A DNA stretch of 64,000 bases from Planctomycetota bacterium. GTDB lineage: Bacteria > Planctomycetota > MHYJ01 > JACQXL01. Under the pieces are notes generated by a model that saw only the letters and a list, made by a program, of their open reading frames with translations, was not told where the DNA came from and searched no databases. The stretch is from the NCBI GenBank assembly GCA_043801445.1, contig JAZDMB010000046.1, positions 19,253 to 83,252 on the forward strand, read 5' to 3'. The position numbers were made by a program, and so were the translations under genes. Of the stretch, positions 1 to 9,650 are shown one piece after another. Positions within the stretch are counted from its first letter, which is position 1, and each line of letters begins with the position of its first letter.

Positions 1-464
1 AGGAATTTGGCCGTGCCATGCGTTATCAACGCCGTTTATCCCTATTACTTATTGACTTAGATAATTTCAAAACAATAAATGACACTTATGGCCACAGACA
101 AGGTGACCGTATTTTACAGGAAGTGGGACATTTGCTTCAGTATCATTCCCGGAAGATAGATTCGGTTTGCCGATATGGCGGTGATGAATTTGCAATCATT
201 CTACCGGAAACTACTTCAGAAGGCGCTTATCTTAAGGCTAATAATATTTCGCAACAGATTCAAAATTATCACTTTACCAATATTACTAACCCTAAAAAAC
301 CATTTAAATTGAAAATAAGCACCGGCGTCACTGTTTTATCTGATGACATAAAAACAGCAGACGATATGGTTATTGCGGCTGATAAATTATTATTCAGCGC
401 CAAAGATAAAAAGAATTATGCGTTACGAAGAACCAATTTATCGACCACCTTCAGAAGCAGATAG
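1..464 (+). CDS. Diguanylate cyclase (GGDEF domain), 5'-truncated by window edge
   Basis: DLDNFKTINDTYGHRQGD and RYGGDEF motifs; the frame is open back to the window start. Confidence 0.9.
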   Translation, partial: EFGRAMRYQRRLSLLLIDLDNFKTINDTYGHRQGDRILQEVGHLLQYHSRKIDSVCRYGGDEFAIILPETTSEGAYLKANNISQQIQNYHFTNITNPKKPFKLKISTGVTVLSDDIKTADDMVIAADKLLFSAKDKKNYALRRTNLSTTFRSR

Positions 465-1290
465 CCTTCTTATTCAAGCCTCTATAGGTTGCCCGCACAA
501 TAAATGTACATTCTGCGGGATGTATAAAGAGAAAAAATTCCGCATCAGACCTGCCAGCGAAATTAAGGAAGATATCCTGCTGGCGAAAAAGTGTTATGGC
601 AATACCGTTGAAAGTATCTTTTTCCCTGACGGCAATACTATTATAATGAAGGTTGCTCAATTGGAGGAAATCTTCAAGTTCTCACACCAGACATTTCCTA
701 ATCTCAAAAGAATAACCTTATATGCCTCGGCAAAGTTTCTCAAGTTCAAATCACTGGAAGACCTCAAACGGCTTAAAACAGCAGGGCTGAATCGACTCCA
801 TAAAGGATTAGAAAGCGGAAACGATGAAGTATTAAAACATATCCAAAAAGGCGCTGATGCAAGATTGATGAAAGAAACAGGCAAAAGAGTCAAAGATGCA
901 GGAATAGAATTAAGCGAGTATGTGCTTATTGGCATCGGCGGAAAAAAATTATGGCAGGAGCATGCCAGAGACACTGCCAATGTCCTGAATGCGATTAACC
1001 CTGATTTTATCCGCTTACGCACATGGGTGCCGGTACCGGTTGCACCGCTTTATAAAGATTACCGAAGCGGAGAATTCCAACTTCTTTCACCGTATGAAGC
1101 ACTTAAGGAAACGCATCTGTTACTGGAAAATCTTGAAGTAACCAGTTTATTCTTAAGCGACCACATCTCTAATTTTGTCAATATTTCAGGTCATTTGCCG
1201 AGGGATAAGGAAAATATGCTGGCAAAAATAAATAGCGCTTTACAATGCGATGAAAATTCTTTTAGACCTGCTATAATTGAGAATCTTTAG
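418..1290 (+). CDS. Radical SAM protein
   Basis: CPHNKCTFC CxxxCxxC motif; YRPPSE N-terminus; likely start ATG 418 (ORF track starts at 373). Confidence 0.85.
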   Translation: MRYEEPIYRPPSEADSLLIQASIGCPHNKCTFCGMYKEKKFRIRPASEIKEDILLAKKCYGNTVESIFFPDGNTIIMKVAQLEEIFKFSHQTFPNLKRITLYASAKFLKFKSLEDLKRLKTAGLNRLHKGLESGNDEVLKHIQKGADARLMKETGKRVKDAGIELSEYVLIGIGGKKLWQEHARDTANVLNAINPDFIRLRTWVPVPVAPLYKDYRSGEFQLLSPYEALKETHLLLENLEVTSLFLSDHISNFVNISGHLPRDKENMLAKINSALQCDENSFRPAIIENL

Positions 1291-1308
1291 GCGTTCAGAT
1301 TTTTGTGA

Positions 1309-2466
1309 TTAGGCGAACAATTTTCTCAGTTTACTCTGATAATTTTTAAAGTTGTAAGACATTTCCAATAAGGTATCCGCTCCGAATTTATTCATAAAAG
1401 CCCTGGCTATTTCAAAAGCCACAACAGATTCACCGACTACAGATGCGGCTGAAACAGCACAAATATCAGACGATTCCACCTGTGCTTTTGACGGGCGTTT
1501 AGTTTTTATGTCTATAGTCGGTAACGGTTTTTTTAGTGTCGGGATGGGCTTTACCGATGCTCTGATAACAATATTTTCACCATTCGTTAACCCGCCTTCT
1601 ATACCGCCTGCGCAGTTAGTCCTTCTTTTCCAGCCACCGTATTTATTGAGAATCGGACGATTATTGTGTATCTCAAACAAATCCATTACTTGAGAGCCGG
1701 GTTTGTCAGAATAGCCAAAGCCCAGTCCAATCTCTACGCCTTTAACCGCGGGTATAGCCATTATTGCCTGAGAAAACCGGGCATCAAGCCTGTCTTCCCA
1801 ATGTGTATGGTCACCTAACCCTACCGGGATGTTAAAACCAACCACCTCAAACACCCCACCAAGTGTATCTCCATTTTTTTCCGTCTCGGCCAAGAGTGTT
1901 TTCCAATCAGAAATAACCTTTTTATCCATAGTATAGAAATAGTTGTCACGATTTTTCAGTATATGGCGGTATTGGAGCGTCTTATTAGCCGGCTGATTTG
2001 TGGGAATAGAACCAATCTGACTGACATAACCAATAACCTTAATATTAAAATAATTCAGAAATGATTTGGCAACAGAGCCGGCAATAACGCGTCCGACAGT
2101 TTCTCTGGCGCTTGAACGCTCTGCTCCCACACGACCATCTAAAGATAAGAATTTCATCGCTGCTGCTAAGTCGATATGGCCGGGCCTAATCTTTGTAAGT
2201 GGTAATATTCTATCAATAGTATCGGCATAATTTCCGACTAATATAGTCAGAGGTGTTCCAATGGTTTTCCCTTTTCGTATACCGCTTAATATTTCTATCT
2301 TATCGGATTCACGGTTCATACGTGGACCCCGACCGGATGCAAGCCTACGGCGCTTCAACTCCGAATATATCTCTTTAATATTTACAGTCAAACCTAATGG
2401 TAATCCTTTTATAATTGCAGTAATGCCTTTCCCATGTGATTCACCAGTCGTAAAATAAGACAACAT
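1309..2466 (-). CDS. aroC: Chorismate synthase
   Basis: TTGESHG, RPGH, ERSSARET, GGIEGG and VKPIPTL motifs. Confidence 0.93.
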   Translation of the reverse strand: MLSYFTTGESHGKGITAIIKGLPLGLTVNIKEIYSELKRRRLASGRGPRMNRESDKIEILSGIRKGKTIGTPLTILVGNYADTIDRILPLTKIRPGHIDLAAAMKFLSLDGRVGAERSSARETVGRVIAGSVAKSFLNYFNIKVIGYVSQIGSIPTNQPANKTLQYRHILKNRDNYFYTMDKKVISDWKTLLAETEKNGDTLGGVFEVVGFNIPVGLGDHTHWEDRLDARFSQAIMAIPAVKGVEIGLGFGYSDKPGSQVMDLFEIHNNRPILNKYGGWKRRTNCAGGIEGGLTNGENIVIRASVKPIPTLKKPLPTIDIKTKRPSKAQVESSDICAVSAASVVGESVVAFEIARAFMNKFGADTLLEMSYNFKNYQSKLRKLFA

Positions 2467-2476
2467 AATATTTTAT

Positions 2477-4750
2477 TTATTTAGGATTAGGCGGTTGATT
2501 ATCTGAAGAATTAGGGACAATCAATGATTTTTCAGCCTCAATGTTCATCTTTTCAAGTTTCTCTTTTATTTCCGGAGGAACCGCGGTTCTTTTTAAGAGT
2601 TTAGAAATTTCCTCTATGATTTTAGAGTATTCTTTCCGTGAAAAATAAAAAGAAAGTAGTTCTATTTTTAATGACCACCATTGCGAACTATCCTCTTTCT
2701 GGTCATCTAAAAGTGCCATGCATGATTTACTGGCTAAATCATATTGCTTGAGATTTTTATAACATTCAATAAGCGCTAAAGTAAATTCCGGTTTACCTGA
2801 AAAATATTTTTCAGCTTCCAACAAATATTGAACAGCTTGATTCCAATCCCCCATTTCAGTGAGAATCAATCCTAAACTACCTATATTCGTTAATAATCTC
2901 GGTTCTAATTCTTTAGTTTTAAATTGGGGATTACTAATAATTTTCTTCAGCATTAAATTGGAATAAGAAAGATGTTTTGACTCTTTAAGTTTACTTGCAA
3001 TTTCTTCCATCAAATCAAAATTGTCATAAGTAATTGATAATATAGCATTCCATACGGAAGCGGTAAGTTTCTCATCGGATTCATTTAATACCGTGAGTAA
3101 GGATGATAAGGTGGTTTTGTCTTTAATTGCTCCCAAAGCATCGGCAGCCAATTGTCTTGTTCGTAAATCTTTATCATTAAGCAAAACTTTTATAATTTCA
3201 GGGCATATCGTTTTATTACCTAATTTACCCAGGGCTTCTATGGTAATCTGTTTAATATCCATGAATTCATCATTAAGAAGCTTAACTAATTGAGGAGCAA
3301 CATCTCCTACCCCAATTTTTCCAAGAGTATTAGAGGCAGACCAACGAACACGGGGTCTTGCATCGTTTATAAATGGCAGAATTTCTACAACACTGCTTGG
3401 CTCTCTAATATCATCAAAAGCATCAATAACAGCTTTAATGATTTTCTCTTCATTTTGATATTTTGGTGATTTAAGAATATCATAGAATCTGGAAACAGCT
3501 AAACGGGCTTCTTGTCCAAAACCTCCGATTGTTTCCACTACAATTAAAATGGTTTCCAATGGGCTAGTATCTATAAGAGCAAGTAAGTGCGGGATTATTT
3601 TAGGATTTTTGATTTTACCTAAAGCAATAATGGCTTTATTCTTCAGATTATCTGCTTCTCTTGGGTCATTTAATATAATTAAAAGTGGCTCTATTGCTCT
3701 CTCGTCACCCAAATCACCCAAAATAATTATTACCATTAAACGAAAATCGTCAATGGAAGCATCTGTTGAATGATTTTTATTGGCCTTCAATAATTCCGTT
3801 AATTTAGATACCATTTGCTTGGCTTTCTCTTGATCCAAAGCTTTCACCTGTTCAAGCGCATACTTCTTCACTATTATAAATTCATCATCTAAAGCATTGG
3901 TCAACAAATTAATCTCGGCTGTAGCATCAGTAAGTCTTCGCGCTTGTTCCAATTTCATTTTCAAAATATCCACTTTCACTAAAGCGATATTCTCAGCGTA
4001 TTGCTTAATAAGTTTATCTTTTTCTTCCATCTGTTTATTATATTCAATAATAGATTGTTCCAACCATCTTTCTCTTGGTTGATTACGATTTAGCATCCAC
4101 CATTTCGTCCATTCCTCTTTGGTATTAAATCTCTGACGGGTTATTATGTTCAAGGTGTTAATAATCTCAGAATTAAATTCGCTTTTACGGCCGGTCAATA
4201 AACCTATTAAAAATGGAATGCTCCGTTTGCTGGGAACAAAAGACAAGCCTCTGATTAAATTTTGCCGGATTGCCTCTGACTTTTCAGGTTGATTCAAATA
4301 TTTTATAATGATTTTGGCGACCATCTCGGTTTCGGAATTGCTGAAAATGGAAAAAATATACGGTTGGAATGCGGGGTTACCTGTCTCTAAAATATGAATT
4401 ACTTCTTCAATAAACCGTTCATTTTTACGACTGCCTAAAGTCTTCAGTACCGATTTGACTGCTTCTTCATTATCGCTTTTTAATGCTTCGGATATTATTT
4501 TATTTGCTTTTCTTGAATTTAAACTAAGCAGCCTCTCGGCAGCTAGGTCTCTTCCGGTGGCATCAGATGCATAAAGTCTTTTCTTGAGATGCTCCGGCTC
4601 ATTATAGACATCAGTTTCTTTTATTTTCTCTTCTGCGAGTAAAAACCCCTCACGATCCGGCGCCGGTATCATCTCTTTGGAACCCTGAGCGCGACAGGAA
4701 CTTAATATACCAGCTGAAATAATTACGATGCCGAATAAAAATATTCTCAT
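2477..4750 (-). CDS. HEAT/PBS-repeat lipoprotein with C-terminal TPR-like helices
   Basis: LSSC lipobox; repeated ALGKI/L..LL.D helical units. Confidence 0.75.
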   Translation of the reverse strand: MRIFLFGIVIISAGILSSCRAQGSKEMIPAPDREGFLLAEEKIKETDVYNEPEHLKKRLYASDATGRDLAAERLLSLNSRKANKIISEALKSDNEEAVKSVLKTLGSRKNERFIEEVIHILETGNPAFQPYIFSIFSNSETEMVAKIIIKYLNQPEKSEAIRQNLIRGLSFVPSKRSIPFLIGLLTGRKSEFNSEIINTLNIITRQRFNTKEEWTKWWMLNRNQPRERWLEQSIIEYNKQMEEKDKLIKQYAENIALVKVDILKMKLEQARRLTDATAEINLLTNALDDEFIIVKKYALEQVKALDQEKAKQMVSKLTELLKANKNHSTDASIDDFRLMVIIILGDLGDERAIEPLLIILNDPREADNLKNKAIIALGKIKNPKIIPHLLALIDTSPLETILIVVETIGGFGQEARLAVSRFYDILKSPKYQNEEKIIKAVIDAFDDIREPSSVVEILPFINDARPRVRWSASNTLGKIGVGDVAPQLVKLLNDEFMDIKQITIEALGKLGNKTICPEIIKVLLNDKDLRTRQLAADALGAIKDKTTLSSLLTVLNESDEKLTASVWNAILSITYDNFDLMEEIASKLKESKHLSYSNLMLKKIISNPQFKTKELEPRLLTNIGSLGLILTEMGDWNQAVQYLLEAEKYFSGKPEFTLALIECYKNLKQYDLASKSCMALLDDQKEDSSQWWSLKIELLSFYFSRKEYSKIIEEISKLLKRTAVPPEIKEKLEKMNIEAEKSLIVPNSSDNQPPNPK

Positions 4751-4885
4751 AATTATAAATTATAACTTATGTTTTTTCATCGTCAATACAAAAACACATG
4801 AAAATTCTTGCTTATTTTCATAAAAAATATATAAATAAACAATTCGTATGAGATATTTAACAATCAAAGGACTACCTGAAAAATT

Positions 4886-5860
4886 ATGGGTGCTCATTCA
4901 AAATCACAAGGGCTAAAATATAAGCTGTGGATCGCTTATATTCTTTTGTCTATCATCCCCACCTTATTTTTCATCTATCTATTAAGTAATGGATTTATTG
5001 TAAATCTTCAGAAGAATAATATCACTGCAAATCAACTAATCACATTGGGAATCGGAATAGGTGCTATTGTTTTAATGTCCATATCAGCCCTATTTTTATT
5101 GTACCGTCCTATTTCATCATTGGATCAAATCAGCAAGAAAACAATGGGTCTTGTCAAAGAATATATTCCCAAAGATACCATATCTGATGCCACCGATGAA
5201 GTGGAAAGATTAAATCTTTCTTTTATGGGAATATTTAAAGAAGTTCAGTTGAAAGTACATGAAGCCAATAAATATGCTCAAGAATTAAGCGAACTCAACC
5301 AAAAATTATTGCAGATGGCAGTTAAAGATGGTCTTACCTCACTATACAATCAAATCTATATAAAAGAAAGATTGGATAATGAACTCAAACGAGCCCAACA
5401 GTTCAATCAACCTCTTGCCATTATGATGATAGACATTGATAATTTTAAGAAAATCAATGATTCCTATGGCCACTTAGTGGGTGATAATTGTCTTCAAGCA
5501 ATAAGCCGTTTAATCAAGGATAGTATCAGAAACATTGATATACCTGCACGCTACGGGGGCGAAGAATTTTTGGTTATTCTACCAAACACAAAAAGCGATG
5601 AAGCTTTCAAAATTGCTGAAAAAGTCCGTCAATACATCTCCGACCACCCATTACAAACAATGTCGTCTTTGTCTCAAAACCTCATAGAGAACCAAAGCCA
5701 GCAGAATAATAAAACCGTTTCAATTACGGTCAGTATTGGAGTTGAATGTTATTCGCAAATCTCAGATATCCAAACTACCGATGAACTGATTCGGGCGTCA
5801 GATAACGCCCTTTATCAAGCTAAGAAAAAAGGTAAAAATCAAGTGTCTTTAGCTGTATAA
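4886..5860 (+). CDS. Membrane-anchored diguanylate cyclase (2 TM, HAMP-like linker, GGEEF)
   Basis: DGLTSLYN, DIDNFKKINDSYGH, RxxD I-site (RNID) before RYGGEEF. Confidence 0.92.
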   Translation: MGAHSKSQGLKYKLWIAYILLSIIPTLFFIYLLSNGFIVNLQKNNITANQLITLGIGIGAIVLMSISALFLLYRPISSLDQISKKTMGLVKEYIPKDTISDATDEVERLNLSFMGIFKEVQLKVHEANKYAQELSELNQKLLQMAVKDGLTSLYNQIYIKERLDNELKRAQQFNQPLAIMMIDIDNFKKINDSYGHLVGDNCLQAISRLIKDSIRNIDIPARYGGEEFLVILPNTKSDEAFKIAEKVRQYISDHPLQTMSSLSQNLIENQSQQNNKTVSITVSIGVECYSQISDIQTTDELIRASDNALYQAKKKGKNQVSLAV

Positions 5861-5888
5861 TTTTAATGTGCTATATTAGGAGGTTATC

Positions 5889-7067
5889 ATGAAAAAATTA
5901 ACACTGCCTGAAATGCCTATTATGGGTAAACGAATCCTTGCCAGGGTGGATTATAACGTCCCGACAAACGATAAGGGCACCATTACTGATGATACTCGTA
6001 TCCGGGCAACCTTACCGACTCTCAATCATATTCTAAGCAATAAAAGCAAATTAATTTTAATGACCCATTTAGGACGTCCTAAAGGAAAAGATGAGAAATT
6101 TAAATTAGATAAAATTGCCGTCATGTTAGAACAACTTCTTAAACGTCCTATAAAAAAACTTGATGACTGCATCGGAGAAAATGTCGAGAAAACGGTCTCC
6201 AAGATGAAAGAAGGCGAAGTTGTTCTGTTAGAAAATTTAAGATTCTACCCGGAAGAAGAAGCAAATAACAATAACTTCTCCAAGAAACTCGCCTTATTAG
6301 GCGATTTATATATCAATGATGCTTTTGCCTGTTCTCATCGGGCCCATGCCTCTATTGTAGGTGTTAACCGCTACCTGAAATCCGGTGCCGGATTACTCCT
6401 ATCCAAAGAAATAGAATATCTCTCTAAAATCATGGAATCACCCCAAACTCCTTATATTGCCATTTTAGGAGGCGCTAAAGTCTCCGATAAAATCACGATT
6501 ATAGAAAATCTTATGACCAAGGTCAACGCTATCATCATCGGCGGCGGAATGGCTTACACATTCTTAAAAGCCCGGGGTAAAAAAATCGGAGCTTCCAAAT
6601 TGGAAAAAGATTCTCTTGATGTCGCCTCCAGAATACTTTCAAATGCCAAAGAATCAAATGTAGAAATCGTTCTGCCCATAGACCATCTGGTCACCAATAA
6701 TATCGACGGCAAAGGACATATTAAAATAGAAAAAGAAAATATATCTGATGGATTCAGCGGCGTTGATATCGGCCCGGAAACAATCAAATTATTCACCTCC
6801 AAATTACAGCCGGCCCAAACCGTTGTTTGGAACGGCCCTTTAGGAATATTTGAAATAGATAAATTTTCAGAGGGAACCCGTTCGATTGCCTCGGTACTGG
6901 CATCGCTGAAGGCTACGACTGTTATCGGCGGCGGCGAAACAGTTGCGGCAGTAGAAAAATTCGGATTCGCCCGCAAAATGTCCCATATCTCCACGGGCGG
7001 TGGCGCATTCTTGGAATTTTTGGAAGGGAAGGAATTGCCGGGTATCGCTGCATTAACAAATAAATAA
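5889..7067 (+). CDS. pgk: Phosphoglycerate kinase
   Basis: RVDYNVP, HLGRP, LLENLRF, GGAKVSDK, HISTGGGA. Confidence 0.97.
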   Translation: MKKLTLPEMPIMGKRILARVDYNVPTNDKGTITDDTRIRATLPTLNHILSNKSKLILMTHLGRPKGKDEKFKLDKIAVMLEQLLKRPIKKLDDCIGENVEKTVSKMKEGEVVLLENLRFYPEEEANNNNFSKKLALLGDLYINDAFACSHRAHASIVGVNRYLKSGAGLLLSKEIEYLSKIMESPQTPYIAILGGAKVSDKITIIENLMTKVNAIIIGGGMAYTFLKARGKKIGASKLEKDSLDVASRILSNAKESNVEIVLPIDHLVTNNIDGKGHIKIEKENISDGFSGVDIGPETIKLFTSKLQPAQTVVWNGPLGIFEIDKFSEGTRSIASVLASLKATTVIGGGETVAAVEKFGFARKMSHISTGGGAFLEFLEGKELPGIAALTNK

Positions 7068-7172
7068 CAGCCGGCTAAGTTTATGGCAAAATTTCACCCG
7101 TTAAACCGACAGTGAATATTATCTCTTGGTTAATATTAACATTCCCCTGTAAGAAATTATCTGTTAAAAATC

Positions 7173-9254
7173 ATGCGGATGCAGTTAATAAATATCCTCA
7201 AACGGATTTATAACCCGTTGCTCACCAAACAGTTTAAAATAAGTTTGATAGCAATGGTTTATCTTTTAATCTGCTATACGTTATTGAGGCTGGGATTCTT
7301 TCTGGTAAATCACGGTTTTTTCAGTGATATTGGAACCGGTGAAATTATCCGGGCATTTCTCTACGGCATCCGTTTTGACATATCTGCCCTATTAATGATT
7401 AACGGCCCATTATTACTGCTTTATAATCTTCCGCTTAAATTAATCAATCGGAAATATTTCAAACTTATTCTACTGGTTCTATTCTTGTTATTAAACCTGA
7501 TATTCATCACCGTCAACTTAGCCGATTACGGTTATTTCCCGGTCACACAGCGCCGGTTGATGTCTGAGATTTATATTATGTTTGTTGATATAATGAGAAT
7601 GTTACCGAGTATGTTCTCTGATTACTATTATCTGTTTTTAGCGCTGGCAGTTGGCGGAATGATATTTATATTTACTGTCTGGCGCCTATTTAAAAAATTG
7701 GATAACTTAATCATCTACCAGCCCAATTTATGGCGAGATATTGGATGCCTTATCCTGTTAATCGGATTAATCACAATAGGAGTAAAAGGCGGTATTCAGA
7801 GAAAACCTATCCGTCAGGCGCATGCCTTTTGGTCTGCCAATCGGATTACCGGATACCTTACTCTGAATTCATCATTCACTACAATAAAAAGTCTCTTCCA
7901 AGCCGGTTTACCGCGTCATAGTTTTTTACCTGACAACGAAGCATCAGCAGAGTTAACCGCAATGCTGTGCCAGAAAAATGAGCAGATGATTGATGCGCAA
8001 TATCCTTTTCTGCGCCGGAAATCATTCCCGGACGCTCCCCAAAAACCAAATCTGGTTGTCTTCATTATGGAAAGCTGGACAGCAGATTATATCGGCTCTC
8101 TCTCCGGACAGACGCCATCCGCCACTCCTTTTTTTGACAGTCTTACAATAAGCGGCACGCTATTTACCAACTTCTTAGCCAATGGCCACCGTTCGGTCGT
8201 GGCTATACCATCCATTCTTGATTCTATTCCCGGTTTTTACTCCAACTCTCTTTCAGGCGTAGCCGCAGCGAAGTCCCGATTATTTCGGGGAAAAGGAAAC
8301 TCATTTATAGAATCACAATCTGAAGTAAATAACTACATCGGATTAGGTAACATATTGCTCAAGCAAGGGTACACCACCTCGTGTCATCATGGTGCCCGCC
8401 GAGGAGCGCTGGGTTTTGATATCCATTCGAAACTTTCAGGTTTTCTCAATTATTATGGTATGGAGGATTACCTGAAGTCCGGCGGTTCCAGCCGTGATAC
8501 GGTTTGGGGCGTGTGGGATGAGGAGTTTTTCCAGGATGCGCTATGCCGGATGGATAAATTCCAATCGCCTTTCTGCTCGGTGATATTCTCGCTCACTTCT
8601 CATGAACCCTTCAGGATTCCGCCGCACCGGCAAAAGTTATTCGAACAATATGCCGATGAAACCAATCTCCAGATAGCATTGCGCTATTCCGATTACAGCC
8701 TGCAACAATTCTTTCAAATAGCCCGGAAAAAACCATGGTTTGAAAACACTATTTTCATTATTACAGCCGACCATACCACTCATTCCAAAATGAATAATTT
8801 CTATTCCTGCTTCCATATCCCCCTATTGATTTATGCGCCCCGATGCTCCGATACGGGGCGTCCCGACCGAAGCGTCGGAGCGCCCGGATTGATTGCCCCG
8901 CAAATATGCAATACAATCGGCTCTCAGGTGGATATCCTGCCCACCATTCTGGACCTCTTGCATATTTCTGCCACTCACAACTCAATGGGTTCCTCGCTCA
9001 TGGATACTGAACGCACGCATTATACCGTGGTTACTGACGGTTCTATGTATGGAATTTTCAACAACCAATTTGTCCTGCTCAACGACCTTGAGAAAAACTT
9101 CGGATTATATAATTATCATCTCGACCCTATCTTGAAAAATGATATTCAGATAGAATATCCGGACGCAGCGCAAAAGTTAAGACACAGTCTCCTTGCCTAT
9201 ATCCAGTCTGTGTCCAATGCCATTGCCCAGAACAAAATCTGCCCGCCCCGTTAG
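7173..9254 (+). CDS. LTA synthase-family membrane sulfatase/phosphotransferase
   Basis: N-terminal TM segments; NLVVFIMESW, SHEPF, ITADH and SQVDILPT motifs; carries repeat insertions. Confidence 0.85.
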   Translation: MRMQLINILKRIYNPLLTKQFKISLIAMVYLLICYTLLRLGFFLVNHGFFSDIGTGEIIRAFLYGIRFDISALLMINGPLLLLYNLPLKLINRKYFKLILLVLFLLLNLIFITVNLADYGYFPVTQRRLMSEIYIMFVDIMRMLPSMFSDYYYLFLALAVGGMIFIFTVWRLFKKLDNLIIYQPNLWRDIGCLILLIGLITIGVKGGIQRKPIRQAHAFWSANRITGYLTLNSSFTTIKSLFQAGLPRHSFLPDNEASAELTAMLCQKNEQMIDAQYPFLRRKSFPDAPQKPNLVVFIMESWTADYIGSLSGQTPSATPFFDSLTISGTLFTNFLANGHRSVVAIPSILDSIPGFYSNSLSGVAAAKSRLFRGKGNSFIESQSEVNNYIGLGNILLKQGYTTSCHHGARRGALGFDIHSKLSGFLNYYGMEDYLKSGGSSRDTVWGVWDEEFFQDALCRMDKFQSPFCSVIFSLTSHEPFRIPPHRQKLFEQYADETNLQIALRYSDYSLQQFFQIARKKPWFENTIFIITADHTTHSKMNNFYSCFHIPLLIYAPRCSDTGRPDRSVGAPGLIAPQICNTIGSQVDILPTILDLLHISATHNSMGSSLMDTERTHYTVVTDGSMYGIFNNQFVLLNDLEKNFGLYNYHLDPILKNDIQIEYPDAAQKLRHSLLAYIQSVSNAIAQNKICPPR

Positions 9255-9346
9255 AAAGACCCGTAATGAGTTCGTCAGACAAACTATTGTTCTCACCTTT
9301 ATTATTGGACTTTCTAACGGGGTGAAGATGCATCAATGTCTTGCTA
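9243..9346 (+). mobile_element. MITE-like element, CCCCGTTAGAAAG...CTTTCTAACGGGG plus a 3' tail (copy 1)
   Basis: 13-bp perfect inverted repeats bounding 9246-9322; flanked by CTGC/CTGC; same length as the purL copy. Confidence 0.7.
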
Positions 9347-9395
9347 CTGCCGTGAGCGCGATATTAAATAACAACCGATAACCATCTCATCATCT

Positions 9396-9426
9396 ATCCC
9401 TTACGGGATACTATTAAACCGAATAC
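9396..9426 (-). repeat. Dispersed repeat GTATTC..TTAATAGTATCCCGTAAGGGAT
   Basis: Copies also at about 23196-23226 and 54983-55014; partial copy at about 34066. Confidence 0.75.
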
Positions 9427-9650
9427 TGTCAGGTATCAGATAATTATACTTTTACTTGCGGTATAGGAAAGTATAAAAAAGTAAGCGGATTCAGCTAATT
9501 TAACTGTATTGAAGACTTATTTCTATGCTATTTAATATGCTTAATCAGTTTTATCTGCTTAATCAGTTTACTAATTTCTTGACAATTATTACGATTGTTT
9601 GGAATAATTTATCATTAATCTAATTAAACTTATCAATAATAAAATAAGGA

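Noticed and set aside
9246-9322. Integron attC sites (GTTAGA/TCTAAC resemble the core sites)
   Set aside because: The order is GTT...AAC, the reverse of attC (RYYYAAC...GTTRRRY); copies lie inside housekeeping genes; no integrase is present.
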